64,000 nt of DNA. Source: Stylophora pistillata. Its lineage: Eukaryota. Below, one piece after another: positions 63,301 to 64,000 of the stretch. The stretch lies in assembly GCF_002571385.2 (NCBI RefSeq), contig NW_019217890.1, positions 94,282 to 158,281 on the forward strand. Reading direction: 5' to 3'. Positions within the stretch are counted from its first letter, which is position 1. Every line of letters begins with the position of its first letter. The position numbers and the translations under genes were made by a program. Below the pieces are notes generated by a model. The model made no database searches, was not told the origin of the DNA, and worked only from the letters and a program-made list of their open reading frames with translations.

Positions 63301-64000
63301 TCGTTTAGCGTTTATCTGACGCCAAACGAATTATAATGTTGTAAATACTAATCAGGCTTAGAACCTCTGAAGGATAGGAAAAAAAACTACTTCAAATCAA
63401 GAGGGTGGTAGTTTAAACATAATAAATTCTCAAGCAAAATTGAACGAATGCAAAAGATCAGAAAAATAAACAATGTCTCGCCACTAGCTCTGTAGTACTG
63501 TTCCATTGAACTAATTTTAAACATATGCGACATCCTTTGACGTAAAAACGTCGAAATATGGACATATGTTAAATCGCCTGGTATGTTTTGATCCGCGCTC
63601 TATTTAGATTAGGACACCTTTACTGTTTTCAATTAACGCGCGATCGTTTATGAAGTAAAGCGCCCCGAAAAAAAAAATTCCTTTCGTTTGCTGGTCAGAT
63701 TTAATTAGAAAATTCGGACCGCAAAGTGAAAATTGGTGGTTATTTATAGTTTCAAGGACGAAGTTCCCATGAATATCATTTACTTCTAGCCCACCGTGTC
63801 GTAACAAAAGAAACACTTACTTGCACTTCCGGAGCTATCGTTCCCGCTTGTGCGTTGATTCGAAGTATTAATAGTCAGAGAACGCCTCTTTTCTTGACTT
63901 TCATCCTTTCTATCCCTTAATTTGTTAATGACATGAGCCTTAGTTCTGTTTTCGTTGCCTGCAAATGAGTCCTCGCTAGAATCGGAAGTCCAACCTTTAG
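57398..64000 (-). CDS. SAPCD2: Suppressor APC domain-containing protein (SAPCD2-like), 3' exons; 5' end outside the window
   Basis: Exons (>64000)-63821, 61492-61338, 60022-59867 (LQELDDEHDLLQNGLQVIEKARKWYFKRI), 58740-58600, 58469-58395 and 57529-57398 (EVSEKGGKIAQLETEKSALIRDLF..HQIF*), matching the recalled SAPCD2 C-terminal coiled coil. Phases join in frame. Confidence 0.85.
57743..57820. mobile_element. Very short MITE nested in an older repeat in the last SAPCD2 intron
   Basis: CAACCTCGTTCCCAGGGTCTCT ... AGAGACCCTGCGAACGAGGTT. Confidence 0.7.

Overview
Eukaryotic, AT-rich, intron-rich genomic DNA with three larger assembly gaps (868-884, 4161-4884, 40990-41566) plus a few isolated Ns. 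Gene content and repeat types suggest a cnidarian, most likely a stony coral (inference). Seven genes were reconstructed by hand from GT-AG boundaries and reading-frame continuity. (1) A 24-exon, ~1508-aa type I membrane ZP-domain protein (2850-23758 +): signal peptide, HFRGG-type N-terminal region, Ig-like region, 2 CUB, uromodulin-type D8C, EGF, ZP, TM. (2) A Ctr/SLC31 copper transporter (27972-30644 +), with a pseudogenised paralogous last exon at 1521-1765. (3) Dimethylglycine dehydrogenase (31830-40862 -, first exon not found). (4) A bacterial-like secreted beta-helix protein with spliceosomal introns (46635-49536 -). (5) ZDHHC24-like palmitoyltransferase with an in-frame TAG. (6) A tyrosylprotein sulfotransferase with a Lys>Asn change at a catalytic position. 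(7) SAPCD2-like, 5' end outside the window. Introns and intergenic DNA hold CR1/L2-type LINE relics, Penelope elements, a canonical minimal hammerhead ribozyme, tRNA-derived SINEs, MITEs and palindromic elements, one of which inserted without a TSD. The most striking observation is in gene 1. One calcium-binding EGF domain appears split: its first cysteine (DVNEC) is followed by a furin site (RKKR) and ~530 residues of symmetric phase-1 cassette exons before the remaining five cysteines. All family assignments come from motif recognition, not database searches.
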